Of a stretch of DNA of 64,000 bases, positions 8,530 to 17,720 are shown in pieces. A program made the translations under genes and the position numbers. The stretch spans positions 17,301-81,300 of the forward strand of contig CAVPOX010000033.1 of assembly GCA_963707075.1 (NCBI GenBank), read 5' to 3'. Position 1 is the first letter of the stretch; each line of letters starts with the position of its first letter. The DNA comes from an uncultured Acidobacteriota bacterium. Lineage in GTDB: Bacteria; Acidobacteriota; Thermoanaerobaculia; Multivoradales; JAHEKO01. A model generated the notes under the pieces. That model was given only the letters and a program-made list of their open reading frames with translations. It was not told where the DNA came from and ran no database searches.

Positions 8530-9474
8530 ATGAGGCGAGAGGCTCGGCCAGGCCCAGGCGTCGAAGTGGGTGTCATCCTGCTGACCCTGGATCAGAAGGA
8601 CAAGACGCTACGGTGCATCGAGAGCTTCGCGCACGTTCTCGAGCCCGGTTGGCGGATCGTCCTGCTCGACAACGCCTCCCAGGACGGAACCCTGGAGGCC
8701 GTTCACAACCGGTTCGGCGAGGTCCTCACGCACTACAGTCCGAGAAACCTGGGTGTGGCCACGGGCCGCAATGTGGCTGCGCGACTGGCGATCCAGGAGT
8801 TCAATCCAGACTTCCTCTTCTTCCTGGACAACGACATGGAGGTCTCTCCGACTATCCTCTCTGCGCTGCTCCGGGCATTGCGACAGTCCACAGAGATCGG
8901 CCTGGCCACCGGCAAGATTCTCATGCTAGAGGACAGGAAGCGCCTCTACGGTGCCGGCGGCTGCTATGTCGATTTTGCCCATGGCAAGACCGGTCACGTC
9001 GGATACGGCGAGACCGATCTCGGCCAGTACGACCAGCCCCGCGACTGCCTGCCCAGCGGCGGATGCATGATGGTAAAGAGGCAGGTGTTCGAGAAGCTCG
9101 AGGGTTTCGATGCGGTGTTCGACCCGTATGGTCCGGAGGATCTCGATTTTGGCCTGCGCGCCAGGCAGGCCGGATACCGGGGGGTCTACACCCCCGAGGC
9201 CGTTCTCTACCACGAGTCGACCCCGGGGCACACTTTCGAGGGTGGTATGCGCTCTGCCGCGTATGTCCGCAACAAGACCCGGCTCTGGTTCCGATTGATG
9301 CGGCGCCATGCGCGGCTCGGGGAGTGGGTGATCTTCACCCTGTGGGGCGCCCCGTTGGGAGCGCTGCGTATGGTGATTCGGGAGTCCAGAAAGGGCAACC
9401 TCCTCGCCATGAGGGGTCTCCTCGGTGGGCTGCTCAGTACCGAAAGACCCGACAAACCAGAATCACACCCATGA
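8530..9474 (+). CDS. family 2 glycosyltransferase
   Basis: GT2 N-terminal signature VGVILLTLDQKDKTLRCIESF ... LLDNASQDGT, and a DxD-type motif (FLDNDME). Confidence 0.9.
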   Translation: MRREARPGPGVEVGVILLTLDQKDKTLRCIESFAHVLEPGWRIVLLDNASQDGTLEAVHNRFGEVLTHYSPRNLGVATGRNVAARLAIQEFNPDFLFFLDNDMEVSPTILSALLRALRQSTEIGLATGKILMLEDRKRLYGAGGCYVDFAHGKTGHVGYGETDLGQYDQPRDCLPSGGCMMVKRQVFEKLEGFDAVFDPYGPEDLDFGLRARQAGYRGVYTPEAVLYHESTPGHTFEGGMRSAAYVRNKTRLWFRLMRRHARLGEWVIFTLWGAPLGALRMVIRESRKGNLLAMRGLLGGLLSTERPDKPESHP

Positions 9475-10733
9475 GATTGGCCGTCGTCTTGCTGACCCTG
9501 ATTCCAGTGACAGGGCCGACAGAAGGCTCGCAGGCCCTGGTCGATCGGCTGGTCCCAGCACAGGAAGACTGGACAGATTTCGGCTGGATCCTGGACGCCG
9601 GAGTGGAGGGAGACTGGGATCACCACCTGGAGGGAATGCTGACGGCATCCGCCGCGAAGAAGGAAACGTCCTACTTTCTCTACTACGGAGGAGCCTGCTG
9701 CTACAACGAAGCTCTGGATTCCGTGACCTTTCGGGCCATAGGTTTGGCAACGAGCCCGGACGGCATTCGATTCACCAAGCATCCCCAGAACCCGGTCATC
9801 TCCTGGCTGCCCAACAATGGCAGAGAGGAAGGGGCAACCTCGAGCGCCGTGGCGTTCGATTCTGCCAACCAGACCCATCTCTATTACGGCGCCAACACCC
9901 AGGAGACGCGTACGACAGTCAATGCCGACGCCCGACTCGGTATTTCCAGCGACGGCTCGAGATTCAAGGATCAGGGCGTCGTCCTGAATCATCAGGACAA
10001 ATCCATCTGGGGATCTGGGGACGAAATCTTCCCCATCACGGCTCTCCGACATGGGAACACCTGGATCGTGTACTACCTCACCAATGGTGTCCCGCAGCAG
10101 AGGCATCTCGGTGTTGCCTGGGGCAACCGTAGCGATCGACTCAGCCAATCGGCGCCGGCCAAGGCCAGGGGCGAGTTGATCCCGGTGTGGGGAGTCGGCG
10201 GCGGGGCCACTCTGGTGGCGTCCGATCTCTACGCACTCTTCTTGAATGACCTACGGATACCGCAGAGCGAGGTGCGGACCTTTACCGCCGAAGCGCCCGA
10301 CATGCTGAGCACCCCGATCCAGATCTACCGTTGGGAGAACGTCAAACAGATTACTGTGCTCCTCGATCGGCAGGTTCGCACCTGGTTTCTCTACTACCGG
10401 GACCTCGAACAACGCCACTATGGAGTCAAGCTGGCACCGTTTGCGGAACGGGATCAAACGCCGCCCAGCAGCCCGAGCGCCCTCCGCGCCACCCAGGAAA
10501 CTCCGACCGCCCTCCGGCTCACCTGGGCAAGCGCCACTGACCGCGATACCGGAATCGCCCAATATCGTGTCTATCGAAATGGAGTTGCGATCGCGGCGAC
10601 AGTCCATGAGACATTCATCGACACGAAGCTTCGCCCCGGATCCAGACTCGCCTACGAGGTCTCCGCGGTGAACCTTCATGGCATCGAGGGCGCGCGGTCA
10701 CCCAAGATCTCGATGGAGTCGAGTCAGCCATGA
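9471..10733 (+). CDS. secreted beta-propeller glycoside-hydrolase-like protein with one C-terminal FN3 domain
   Basis: The ATG at 9471 overlaps the GT2 stop (ATGA). A signal-like N-terminus is present (MRLAVVLLTLIPV). Propeller-type blades are recognisable (IGLATSPDGIRFTKHPQNPVISW, LGISSDGSRFKDQGVVL). The C-terminal FN3 reads LRLTWASATD ... YRVYRNG ... YEVSAVN. It is a paralogue of 30774..32985. The upstream 286 aa of ORF 8613..10733 are out-of-frame overlap with the GT2 gene. Confidence 0.75.
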   Translation: MRLAVVLLTLIPVTGPTEGSQALVDRLVPAQEDWTDFGWILDAGVEGDWDHHLEGMLTASAAKKETSYFLYYGGACCYNEALDSVTFRAIGLATSPDGIRFTKHPQNPVISWLPNNGREEGATSSAVAFDSANQTHLYYGANTQETRTTVNADARLGISSDGSRFKDQGVVLNHQDKSIWGSGDEIFPITALRHGNTWIVYYLTNGVPQQRHLGVAWGNRSDRLSQSAPAKARGELIPVWGVGGGATLVASDLYALFLNDLRIPQSEVRTFTAEAPDMLSTPIQIYRWENVKQITVLLDRQVRTWFLYYRDLEQRHYGVKLAPFAERDQTPPSSPSALRATQETPTALRLTWASATDRDTGIAQYRVYRNGVAIAATVHETFIDTKLRPGSRLAYEVSAVNLHGIEGARSPKISMESSQP

Positions 10734-11584
10734 AGCGAGCCCCAGCCCGCCTGCCGGCTACCCACCGGACTGTGGTGGGACCGCCTCTGGTCGTCGACAC
10801 GCATGTCCACATCCATGAGTGCTTCGAACTGGAGGCCTTCATGACGGCCGCCGCGGCCAACCTCGCTCGGGCCATAGGGCACCCAGCTGCTGCCGACACG
10901 GCCACTGGCGCGCTGTGTCTCACTGAGGTGGAGGGTACCTCCGTCTTCGACGACCTGAGCTCTCTCTCGGCCGCTAACGAAGAACGGCTGGGAGATTGGC
11001 GACCCTACTCGACCCCGGACCCCAGGGTCCTGTTGTTCGAGGCCCCGGCTTCGATACCCATCCTGATGGTCGCTGGACGGCAGATCCGCACCCGAGAAGG
11101 ACTCGAAGTCCTGGCGCTGGGCTGTCGTGAGGCCATCGAGGACGGCCTGACGATCGACAGAGCCCTCGAAGAAACTCAGCTGGCTGGTGCCCTGCCGATC
11201 ATTCCCTGGGGATTTGGCAAATGGACCCTCGATCGAGGCGACACCATCCGCAAGCTGATCGACAATCGAGGGCCAGAAGCCTTCTGCCTCGGCGACGTCG
11301 GAGGACGATGGAAGGGCCTGCCAGAGCCTTCCCTGCTGGTCACTGGCCGGGAACGCGGCTTTGCCATTCTTCCTGGAAGCGACCCCCTGCCTTTTGCGCG
11401 CGAGGTGTACCGCCCCGGTTCCTCGGGCGTTGTGCTGCCCCACTCGGCCTCCGTTGACCGTGTTCTCGAGGATTTGCTGCACAACCTGCAGCAGACAGCT
11501 GACGAGAGTCGAGCGTACATGCATCTGGAGAGCCTCGGACTCTTCATCCGGCACCAGATCGGCATGCAGATGCGCCGATTCTGA
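10730..11584 (+). CDS. hypothetical protein with N-terminal HxH metal-hydrolase-like motif
   Basis: 284-aa ORF whose ATG overlaps the preceding stop (ATGA). The N-terminus VVDTHVHIHE resembles the first metal-binding motif of amidohydrolase/PHP-type enzymes. No family recognised. Confidence 0.55.
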   Translation: MKRAPARLPATHRTVVGPPLVVDTHVHIHECFELEAFMTAAAANLARAIGHPAAADTATGALCLTEVEGTSVFDDLSSLSAANEERLGDWRPYSTPDPRVLLFEAPASIPILMVAGRQIRTREGLEVLALGCREAIEDGLTIDRALEETQLAGALPIIPWGFGKWTLDRGDTIRKLIDNRGPEAFCLGDVGGRWKGLPEPSLLVTGRERGFAILPGSDPLPFAREVYRPGSSGVVLPHSASVDRVLEDLLHNLQQTADESRAYMHLESLGLFIRHQIGMQMRRF

Positions 11585-11601
11585 GCTCGGGGGGCGAGGG
11601 T

Positions 11602-12516
11602 TCATCGGGGACGAGTCAGCCGCCGGACCAGCCTTTGGTAGCGCCTGAGCTGGCGATCGAACCAGGGGTAGTCACACAACCAGAGGTCACGACTCACATC
11701 GCGGCTGACCGGCCCATCCCCTTCGTTTCGACTCTCGAGATAGGCCCTCAACCACAGGAGATAGCGGCGCCGTGCACTGAGGACCTGCCCCGACTGCTTG
11801 GCGCGGGAGAAACAGGATTCGGCATGCTGCCGATACCTGTCGTAGCACTCACAGGAGACCAGGATGGGTGTCTCCAGGCCCATCTTGGAGTAGAAGACCT
11901 GATCCTCGAACATTCCGCGAAACTCGTCCTCGAAACCGCCCACCTCGTCGACCACGTCTCGGCGCACGAGGATACTGCCCATGCACGGGACGGTAGCCTT
12001 GCTCTGCAGGAACAAGCGAACAAGTGCCGGCGGCTGGACGACGGTTCCCGGCTTCAGATCGCACGGTGAGATGCGATCGCGCTCCCGATCCTCGACCAGA
12101 CCGCTCCAGCTGAACCAGTACTCAGTGGTGCCATAGACCATCCCGGCCTGGGGATGATTCTCCAGCAGCTCGACCTGCCGCTCGAGCTTCTCGCTCAAGA
12201 AGACATCATCAGCGTCGAGAAAGGCGATCATCTCCCCCCGACTTGCGGCGAGCCCGAGATTTCGCGCGGCGCTCATTCCACGATTCTCGTGTCCGGGATG
12301 TTCCAGGTACCGAATCCTCTCAGGCTCCTGATGCGCGTAGTGCTGAGCGATCTCCGAGCTACCATCGGTGGAGCCGTCATCGACCAGCAACAACTCCCAG
12401 TTGGAGTAGGTCTGGCTCCGGACGCTTTCTATCGACTCGCGCAGGAATTGCGCGGCATCGAGAAAGATCGTGATCACCGACACCAACGGTCGGGAGGGAA
12501 AACGTGGTCCGCTCAC
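11602..12516 (-). CDS. family 2 glycosyltransferase
   Basis: VSVITIFLDAAQFLRESIESVRSQTYSNWELLLVDDGSTDGS, plus FLDADD. The GTG start overlaps the upstream stop (GTGA). Confidence 0.9.
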   Translation of the reverse strand: MSGPRFPSRPLVSVITIFLDAAQFLRESIESVRSQTYSNWELLLVDDGSTDGSSEIAQHYAHQEPERIRYLEHPGHENRGMSAARNLGLAASRGEMIAFLDADDVFLSEKLERQVELLENHPQAGMVYGTTEYWFSWSGLVEDRERDRISPCDLKPGTVVQPPALVRLFLQSKATVPCMGSILVRRDVVDEVGGFEDEFRGMFEDQVFYSKMGLETPILVSCECYDRYRQHAESCFSRAKQSGQVLSARRRYLLWLRAYLESRNEGDGPVSRDVSRDLWLCDYPWFDRQLRRYQRLVRRLTRPR

Positions 12517-13238
12517 CCTGGCCCTCCGAGGGGTTTGCGCGCCCGCGCCGTCACGATCAAGGGGTAGTCTGCATCGGCGTGGTCCAGCTCGTCGAACCGC
12601 AATTCGTCGGTCGCCAGTCCATAGAGAAAGGCAGCGCTCGACAGCACATTGCCAAGACCGTTCACCTCCAGCTGATCAGCCGGAAACCGTCTCTGCAGGA
12701 GCCAATTCAGCGCAGCCGGTGTAAAGCGCCAGTAGTCTTGCCAACGTGCCGAATCCGCCGCTGTCGAGTGACTGATCCCCGGGGCCGTCAGCAGGAGATG
12801 CCCGGCAGGCGCCAGAACCCTGTAGAGCGTCGCGATCGCTGCCGGCGTATCCGGGATGAACTGCAGTGTCTGAGTGAAGACGATGCAGTCGAATCGATCG
12901 TCCGGGATCTCCGGTGCTGCGGTGAGGTCGGCGGTCCACGTGACTCCGCTGCCTGCGTCGGACGAGAGCACCTCGACGGTCCGGACCCTTCGACCACCAA
13001 AGCGCCGCGAGTATCCATCGTCCCCGATCTCCAGGACCGTACCGTGGATCAGCTCCGCATTGGCCTCGAGAAACCCCTCGATGTAGTAGCGGTCGATCGG
13101 CCGGCCTCGATCCCCACCCCATGCCCGGCTGAAGGGCTCGAGACGGCGTAGCGCACCCCAGTCCACAGATCCGACACGGGGCCGTCGCGTGGCCCTCACG
13201 AGCTGTTTTCGCCAGGCTTTGGGCAACAGACCTCGCAT
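12513..13238 (-). CDS. class I SAM-dependent methyltransferase
   Basis: Motif I-like VLEIGDDGY and the later block FDCIVFTQTLQFIPD ... LAPAGHLLLTAPG. The start is taken at the ATG at 13238 (MRGLLPK), which shares one base with the upstream GT2 stop. Confidence 0.8.
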   Translation of the reverse strand: MRGLLPKAWRKQLVRATRRPRVGSVDWGALRRLEPFSRAWGGDRGRPIDRYYIEGFLEANAELIHGTVLEIGDDGYSRRFGGRRVRTVEVLSSDAGSGVTWTADLTAAPEIPDDRFDCIVFTQTLQFIPDTPAAIATLYRVLAPAGHLLLTAPGISHSTAADSARWQDYWRFTPAALNWLLQRRFPADQLEVNGLGNVLSSAAFLYGLATDELRFDELDHADADYPLIVTARARKPLGGPG

Positions 13239-14230
13239 CACACCTTCTCCAGACTGTTCGGCTGTCGCCACAGGTGGCGGCGCAGCGCCGCCGGCAAGAC
13301 AGCAGCTTCCGACTTCAAAATCCACTTCTTGACCCACCTCCAGAGATCGCGGCTGGTGGCCCCTGGGACCGCCGGATCCTCACTCCGGAAATGCCGATAC
13401 ATCCATTGCTGCCGGCTCCACTCACGCCACACCGCCGGATCTCGCATGCCGATCGAGCTCAGGTACCGGCCCAGCCACTCCAGATAGCGCGCCCGCGCCA
13501 CTGCCATCCGGGTCTGACCGACCCGCTGACTCGCTGCCGAGATCGACCCTGGGTGCTGCCTGTATTTCACCTCGCACTCACTCGAAGCCCACACTGGATA
13601 CTCGGCTGCGATTTTCGCCGTAAAGACCTGGTCCTCGTAGAGTCCGGGGAAGCTCTCCTCGAAACCACCCACCTGGCGCGCGATCTCGGTACGAAACATG
13701 AGGCTGCAAGGCAAGGCTGGCGCGGCCTTGTTGGAAACGAGGAGCGGCAGGAGCCTCGGAGCTTCGACGACACAATCTTCGGGGACACCCGCTGGTAGCA
13801 CAGTGTCCCTTCGATTCGAGGTGCTTTCCCAGGTCCACCAATAAAGGCTCCGGCAGTAGGTCATCGCCACCAGTGGTTGGGCGTCCAGAATCGCCACCTG
13901 ATCTGCCAGCTTCTCCGGCATCCACAGATCGTCGCTATCCAGCAGAGCCACATAAGCGGCCTGGCACGCCTCCAGCCCCAGGTTACGTGCGGCGCTGATG
14001 CCTCGGTTCTCATGGCCCGGATGCTCCAGATACCTGATCCTTGAAGGTTGGAGCTGAGCATGCGATCTGGCAAGGCCAGAGCTCCCGTCGCTGGACCCGT
14101 CATCGACCAGAATCAGCTCCCAATCGGTCAAGCTCTGGCCTCGAACACTCTCGATCGCGTCACCGAGAAATCTCTCGTCATTGAAGAAGACGAGAACGAT
14201 CGAAACCCGGGGTACATCAGACGCGAGCAT
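13238..14230 (-). CDS. family 2 glycosyltransferase
   Basis: VSIVLVFFNDERFLGDAIESVRGQSLTDWELILVDDGSSDGS, plus LLDSDD. It is a close paralogue of 11602..12516. Confidence 0.9.
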   Translation of the reverse strand: MLASDVPRVSIVLVFFNDERFLGDAIESVRGQSLTDWELILVDDGSSDGSSGLARSHAQLQPSRIRYLEHPGHENRGISAARNLGLEACQAAYVALLDSDDLWMPEKLADQVAILDAQPLVAMTYCRSLYWWTWESTSNRRDTVLPAGVPEDCVVEAPRLLPLLVSNKAAPALPCSLMFRTEIARQVGGFEESFPGLYEDQVFTAKIAAEYPVWASSECEVKYRQHPGSISAASQRVGQTRMAVARARYLEWLGRYLSSIGMRDPAVWREWSRQQWMYRHFRSEDPAVPGATSRDLWRWVKKWILKSEAAVLPAALRRHLWRQPNSLEKV

Positions 14231-15701
14231 GCTGCCTCCGGCTGAAGTATCCCCACGACGCCAACTGCGGGAAGACCGAAAGGACCGCTCGGCTGAGCGC
14301 CGAGTCCAGACGAGAGTCGCCCAGCAGGTAGAGCAACAGCACCACCACGACGCCCAGCCCGAGGGCTAGAACGAGGCCTCCGAGACCAGGGAGGGCCGCC
14401 GCCACCAACCAACAAAGAGCACCGGCCAGGCAACAGCTCACCAGCACGGCGATCAGGGGCTTGATGACACCTGCGAAGGGACGCTCGACCAGATCCCGCA
14501 AGAATCGGATTCCGAGAATCTGCGACAGGACGATGGCGGGTAGCCAGGCGACGCCGGCCCCCAGGACGCCTATCTGTCCGACCAGCCACCAGGTCAGCCC
14601 CACCACCAGCGTCGACTGCACGACCTCCAGGATCACCACTTTCTGAGGCTGTCCCAACCCGTAGAGGACCGGCACGACGACCTCACCGAGAAGTCCGATC
14701 AGGCCTACCAGGGTCAGCACGCGAATCAGGGGACCCGTGCCTGCCCACTGCTCGCCGAGCAGCGTTTCGGTCAATGCCGGGGCGACGGCGATCAGCAGCA
14801 CCGAGGCAGGCGCCAGGAGCATGTAGCTGCTGAGCAGAATCCCCTGGAGGGCGTTGCGAATCGAAGCCAGGTCCTCCTGCAGTCGGGAATAGAGTGGGAA
14901 TGTCACCGAGCCGAGCAGATCGCTGACCGTGTCGGAGAGCAGGAACGCCAGCTTGGAAGCGAGGAAATAGACACCCAGAGCGGCGGTACCGAGCTGGCGC
15001 GAGATGGCGATCCGCAAGAACAGTCCCGCTGTCATCCCGAGAATATTGACAATCAGCACCCAGCGGCCGAACTCCACCAGACCCGTCGCCACCCCCGATT
15101 CGAACCGCCAGCGTGGTCGGTGAGGCGCGACGAGGTAGGAACCGACCATGTAGACAACCGCTCCCCCGATCACGCCCGCTACCATGGCCCAGACACCGAG
15201 CCGTGTCGCCAGTCCAATGGCGATCACGGTGTTGACGACCGACTCGACAAGTCGGAGCCGAGCCTGAGGTCGAAGTCGCAGATCCCGCTGTTGGCCTGCC
15301 AGACCGATGCTGGCGAGGGCCATCAACATGGGCTTGAAGGCGACGACGCGAATCAGGGAGACAGCCCGAGGCTCGCTGAACAGCTGGGCTATCCAAGGCG
15401 CGAGAAAGATAATCGAAGCCGTGACCACCGCCGCCCGAATCAGATTGAGCGTCCAGGCGACATCGTAGTGGCTGCGATCGGCATCCTTCTTTTGGACCAG
15501 AGCTTGCACCATGCCGAAGTCGGTGATGCGCGTCGAGAACTCCACCGTGACCAGGGCGATCGCCAGCAACCCGAAGTCTTCAGGGACCAGAAGCCTGGCC
15601 AGAACGAGGGTCCGGATCAGGAAGATGGCCTTGACACCCCAGATCTGGAGGCCTCTCCAGAAGAAGGCTCGTGAGGTCTGGGCGGACAATCGATGCGTCA
15701 T
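14217..15701 (-). CDS. Wzx-type oligosaccharide flippase (polysaccharide biosynthesis protein, MOP superfamily)
   Basis: 494-aa protein, hydrophobic throughout (about 12-14 helices), with the typical N-terminus (FWRGLQIWGVKAIFLIRTLVLARLL). Its ATG overlaps the sulfotransferase stop (ATGA). Confidence 0.85.
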   Translation of the reverse strand: MTHRLSAQTSRAFFWRGLQIWGVKAIFLIRTLVLARLLVPEDFGLLAIALVTVEFSTRITDFGMVQALVQKKDADRSHYDVAWTLNLIRAAVVTASIIFLAPWIAQLFSEPRAVSLIRVVAFKPMLMALASIGLAGQQRDLRLRPQARLRLVESVVNTVIAIGLATRLGVWAMVAGVIGGAVVYMVGSYLVAPHRPRWRFESGVATGLVEFGRWVLIVNILGMTAGLFLRIAISRQLGTAALGVYFLASKLAFLLSDTVSDLLGSVTFPLYSRLQEDLASIRNALQGILLSSYMLLAPASVLLIAVAPALTETLLGEQWAGTGPLIRVLTLVGLIGLLGEVVVPVLYGLGQPQKVVILEVVQSTLVVGLTWWLVGQIGVLGAGVAWLPAIVLSQILGIRFLRDLVERPFAGVIKPLIAVLVSCCLAGALCWLVAAALPGLGGLVLALGLGVVVVLLLYLLGDSRLDSALSRAVLSVFPQLASWGYFSRRQHARV

Positions 15702-16675
15702 GAGGCGGACCCCAGAATTCGATCCACGGCGCTCCTGTTCGGCAACGCGGATTCTGCGTAGAGGGCATCGAGGCCAAAGGCTGCGACCACCTGCAAGATG
15801 CTCTCGATTTGTTGCCGAGAGAGGTCACTCTGCCAGCGACGGACCGGGTCGTCGCCACTGATGATGGAGCTCTGGGGACCGGCTGTGGCCGAGGCTCCGC
15901 GCACACCTCCGGGGACCGCAGCGGTCCGACCCGGCGCGATTTCGTCCAGGATCGAGCGAACCTCCCCTTCGGTGTCCCTGACCAGATCTTCATAGAGGAC
16001 CAGTCTCAGCCCTTCGCCGCCGAACTGCCTGAGCGGAACGATGTTGTGGATGCACCAGACCAGAGCGTGCCGTGCTTCGGCGGAAGCAGCCGATTCGATC
16101 GTCTCCATGTGCTCGTCGAGATAGTCGCGACACAGAGCCGGCTGAGCCAGCATGTCTCGCAGATCTTCAGTGGCCGACCAGCCGCCTCGCATCCGCGACA
16201 GCACCACCGCACAGGGATGCCGCACCAGAAAGACGATGGGCACCTCCGGGTAGATCTCGTGCAGCCAGCGCAGAAAGAGATTGGCCCTTATCTCCTTGAT
16301 CAACCGCCTCTCGGCGGTGGCGAACCGCAAGTGGGAATCGATCCAGGGATGGCGGATCGATCCAGACAAGACTCGCTCTGAGTAGGCCTCGAGTCGCTCG
16401 TTCCGAGCTCCGGGTTCGAGATAGGGGAACAGAGGCAATCCATCGAGCTCAGCGATCTTGCCACTGTGAAAAGGCTCGAACATCAAGCGAGCTGGACTCG
16501 CTCGATCGAGAGCCTCGGCCAACCAGGTCGTGCCGCTGCGTGCGGTTCCGGCCACGAACAGTGCCTCGGAGGGTGTCCCTTCCTGGTCTCGTAGCAGTGT
16601 CCGCATCACGGCTCCCCGACACCGATTGCGGGCCTTCAGGACCAACCACCGTGTGTGATTACGAAGTCGGGACAT
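15698..16675 (-). CDS. sulfotransferase family protein
   Basis: 5'-PSB-type loop VAGTARSGTTWLAEAL and 3'-PB-like FLVRHPCAVVLS. The start is taken at the ATG at 16675 (MSRLRNH), which shares a base with the deacetylase stop. A longer start at 16702 is possible. Confidence 0.8.
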   Translation of the reverse strand: MSRLRNHTRWLVLKARNRCRGAVMRTLLRDQEGTPSEALFVAGTARSGTTWLAEALDRASPARLMFEPFHSGKIAELDGLPLFPYLEPGARNERLEAYSERVLSGSIRHPWIDSHLRFATAERRLIKEIRANLFLRWLHEIYPEVPIVFLVRHPCAVVLSRMRGGWSATEDLRDMLAQPALCRDYLDEHMETIESAASAEARHALVWCIHNIVPLRQFGGEGLRLVLYEDLVRDTEGEVRSILDEIAPGRTAAVPGGVRGASATAGPQSSIISGDDPVRRWQSDLSRQQIESILQVVAAFGLDALYAESALPNRSAVDRILGSAS

Positions 16676-17664
16676 CAGCTTCGTCCTCGCGGTCGGAACC
16701 ATCTTCGAACACGCGTGGAGAACTGATCCATGCCCCAGTCGGAGACCCAGAATCGGGGCAGCCTGAGTGGATCCGAGTCGTGGCTCACGACGTCCAGTTC
16801 GGTTCCGCAGGCCACTTTATAGCCAGCTTCGCCGGCCAGTTTCATGGTCAACCTGGACACATCTTGACGCGCTCCGAACGGGTAGGCCATGCTCCTGATC
16901 GGCCTGCCCAGAAAGTCTTCCAAACGGACTCGGCACTCGAGCATCTCGCTGCGCTGAGCTTCCACCGACTGGCGTGCGAGTTGGGGATGCGTCACCGTGT
17001 GCCCACCCAGCTCGAACCGCTCATCGCTTACCAGATCCCCGATCTCGTCCCAGCTCATCGATCTGCAGACCCTTGGGGCCTCAGCCTGAACCTGCGCGAA
17101 CAGGCCGTCGATCACTCGCGAGCGCTCATCGTCGGCCAAGTCCTTCAGCCGAGTGTAGAGCCCAGCCAGCAGCCTTCCGCGCCCCCGAGGCGAGAGATCT
17201 GAGACTTCCACAGTCTCGCTCGGGTCTCCCAGTGAAAACTGTCCTGGCGCCGGGATCTCAGACATGCCGTAGACGAGAGCAGTCAACGTGTCCCACCAGA
17301 AAGACTCTCCCACTTTGCCGGCTACGATGAAGAAGGTGGCCGGTACGTCGTAGCGTCGCAGAATCGGTGCTGCGACCTGGAGGTTGTCGAGGTAGCCATC
17401 GTCGAAGGTCACACAGATCAGTCCTTTCACAGATCTGCCTCGCTGCAATCGATCGAAAAGCTCCGAGAGCGCTATGGGAGTGCCCAGATCTGCCAGGCAT
17501 GCGATCTGCTCCGCGAAGTTGTCGGGCCCGACGCAGAGCCGGAAGGGATCGTGGCCAGGATTGTCCCGGGGGGCCGAGACGCGGTGATAGACCAGGACCA
17601 GCGCCCCCCCACGCACCTGGGCGCGGGCCAGTCGTGCCACTTTTCGCGCGCGTCTGCGAACCAT
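16675..17664 (-). CDS. polysaccharide deacetylase (NodB homology domain)
   Basis: NodB motifs VTFDDGYLDN, ATFFIV and GGHTVTHPQL. The start is placed at the internal ATG at 17664 (MVRRRARK). The upstream 97 aa of the 426-aa ORF are Arg/Gly-rich and overlap the GT4 gene. Confidence 0.85.
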   Translation of the reverse strand: MVRRRARKVARLARAQVRGGALVLVYHRVSAPRDNPGHDPFRLCVGPDNFAEQIACLADLGTPIALSELFDRLQRGRSVKGLICVTFDDGYLDNLQVAAPILRRYDVPATFFIVAGKVGESFWWDTLTALVYGMSEIPAPGQFSLGDPSETVEVSDLSPRGRGRLLAGLYTRLKDLADDERSRVIDGLFAQVQAEAPRVCRSMSWDEIGDLVSDERFELGGHTVTHPQLARQSVEAQRSEMLECRVRLEDFLGRPIRSMAYPFGARQDVSRLTMKLAGEAGYKVACGTELDVVSHDSDPLRLPRFWVSDWGMDQFSTRVRRWFRPRGRS

Positions 17665-17720
17665 GAGTTTCAAGAACGATCGCTCCGCATCTGGAGTCCA
17701 ACCCCTGAAACACTCACTTT

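Noticed and set aside
8512-8535. A hairpin CCTCATA-N10-TATGAGG whose 3' arm contains the GT2 start codon (8530).
   Set aside because: It is only a 7-bp, AU-rich stem with a 10-nt loop. It could arise by chance, and there is no supporting conservation information.
15080-15100. A tRNA-like T-loop string (GGTTCGAATCG on the minus strand).
   Set aside because: The flanking bases do not form a T-stem (GGCGG versus CGGGG), and no acceptor or anticodon arms can be drawn. It lies inside the flippase coding sequence.
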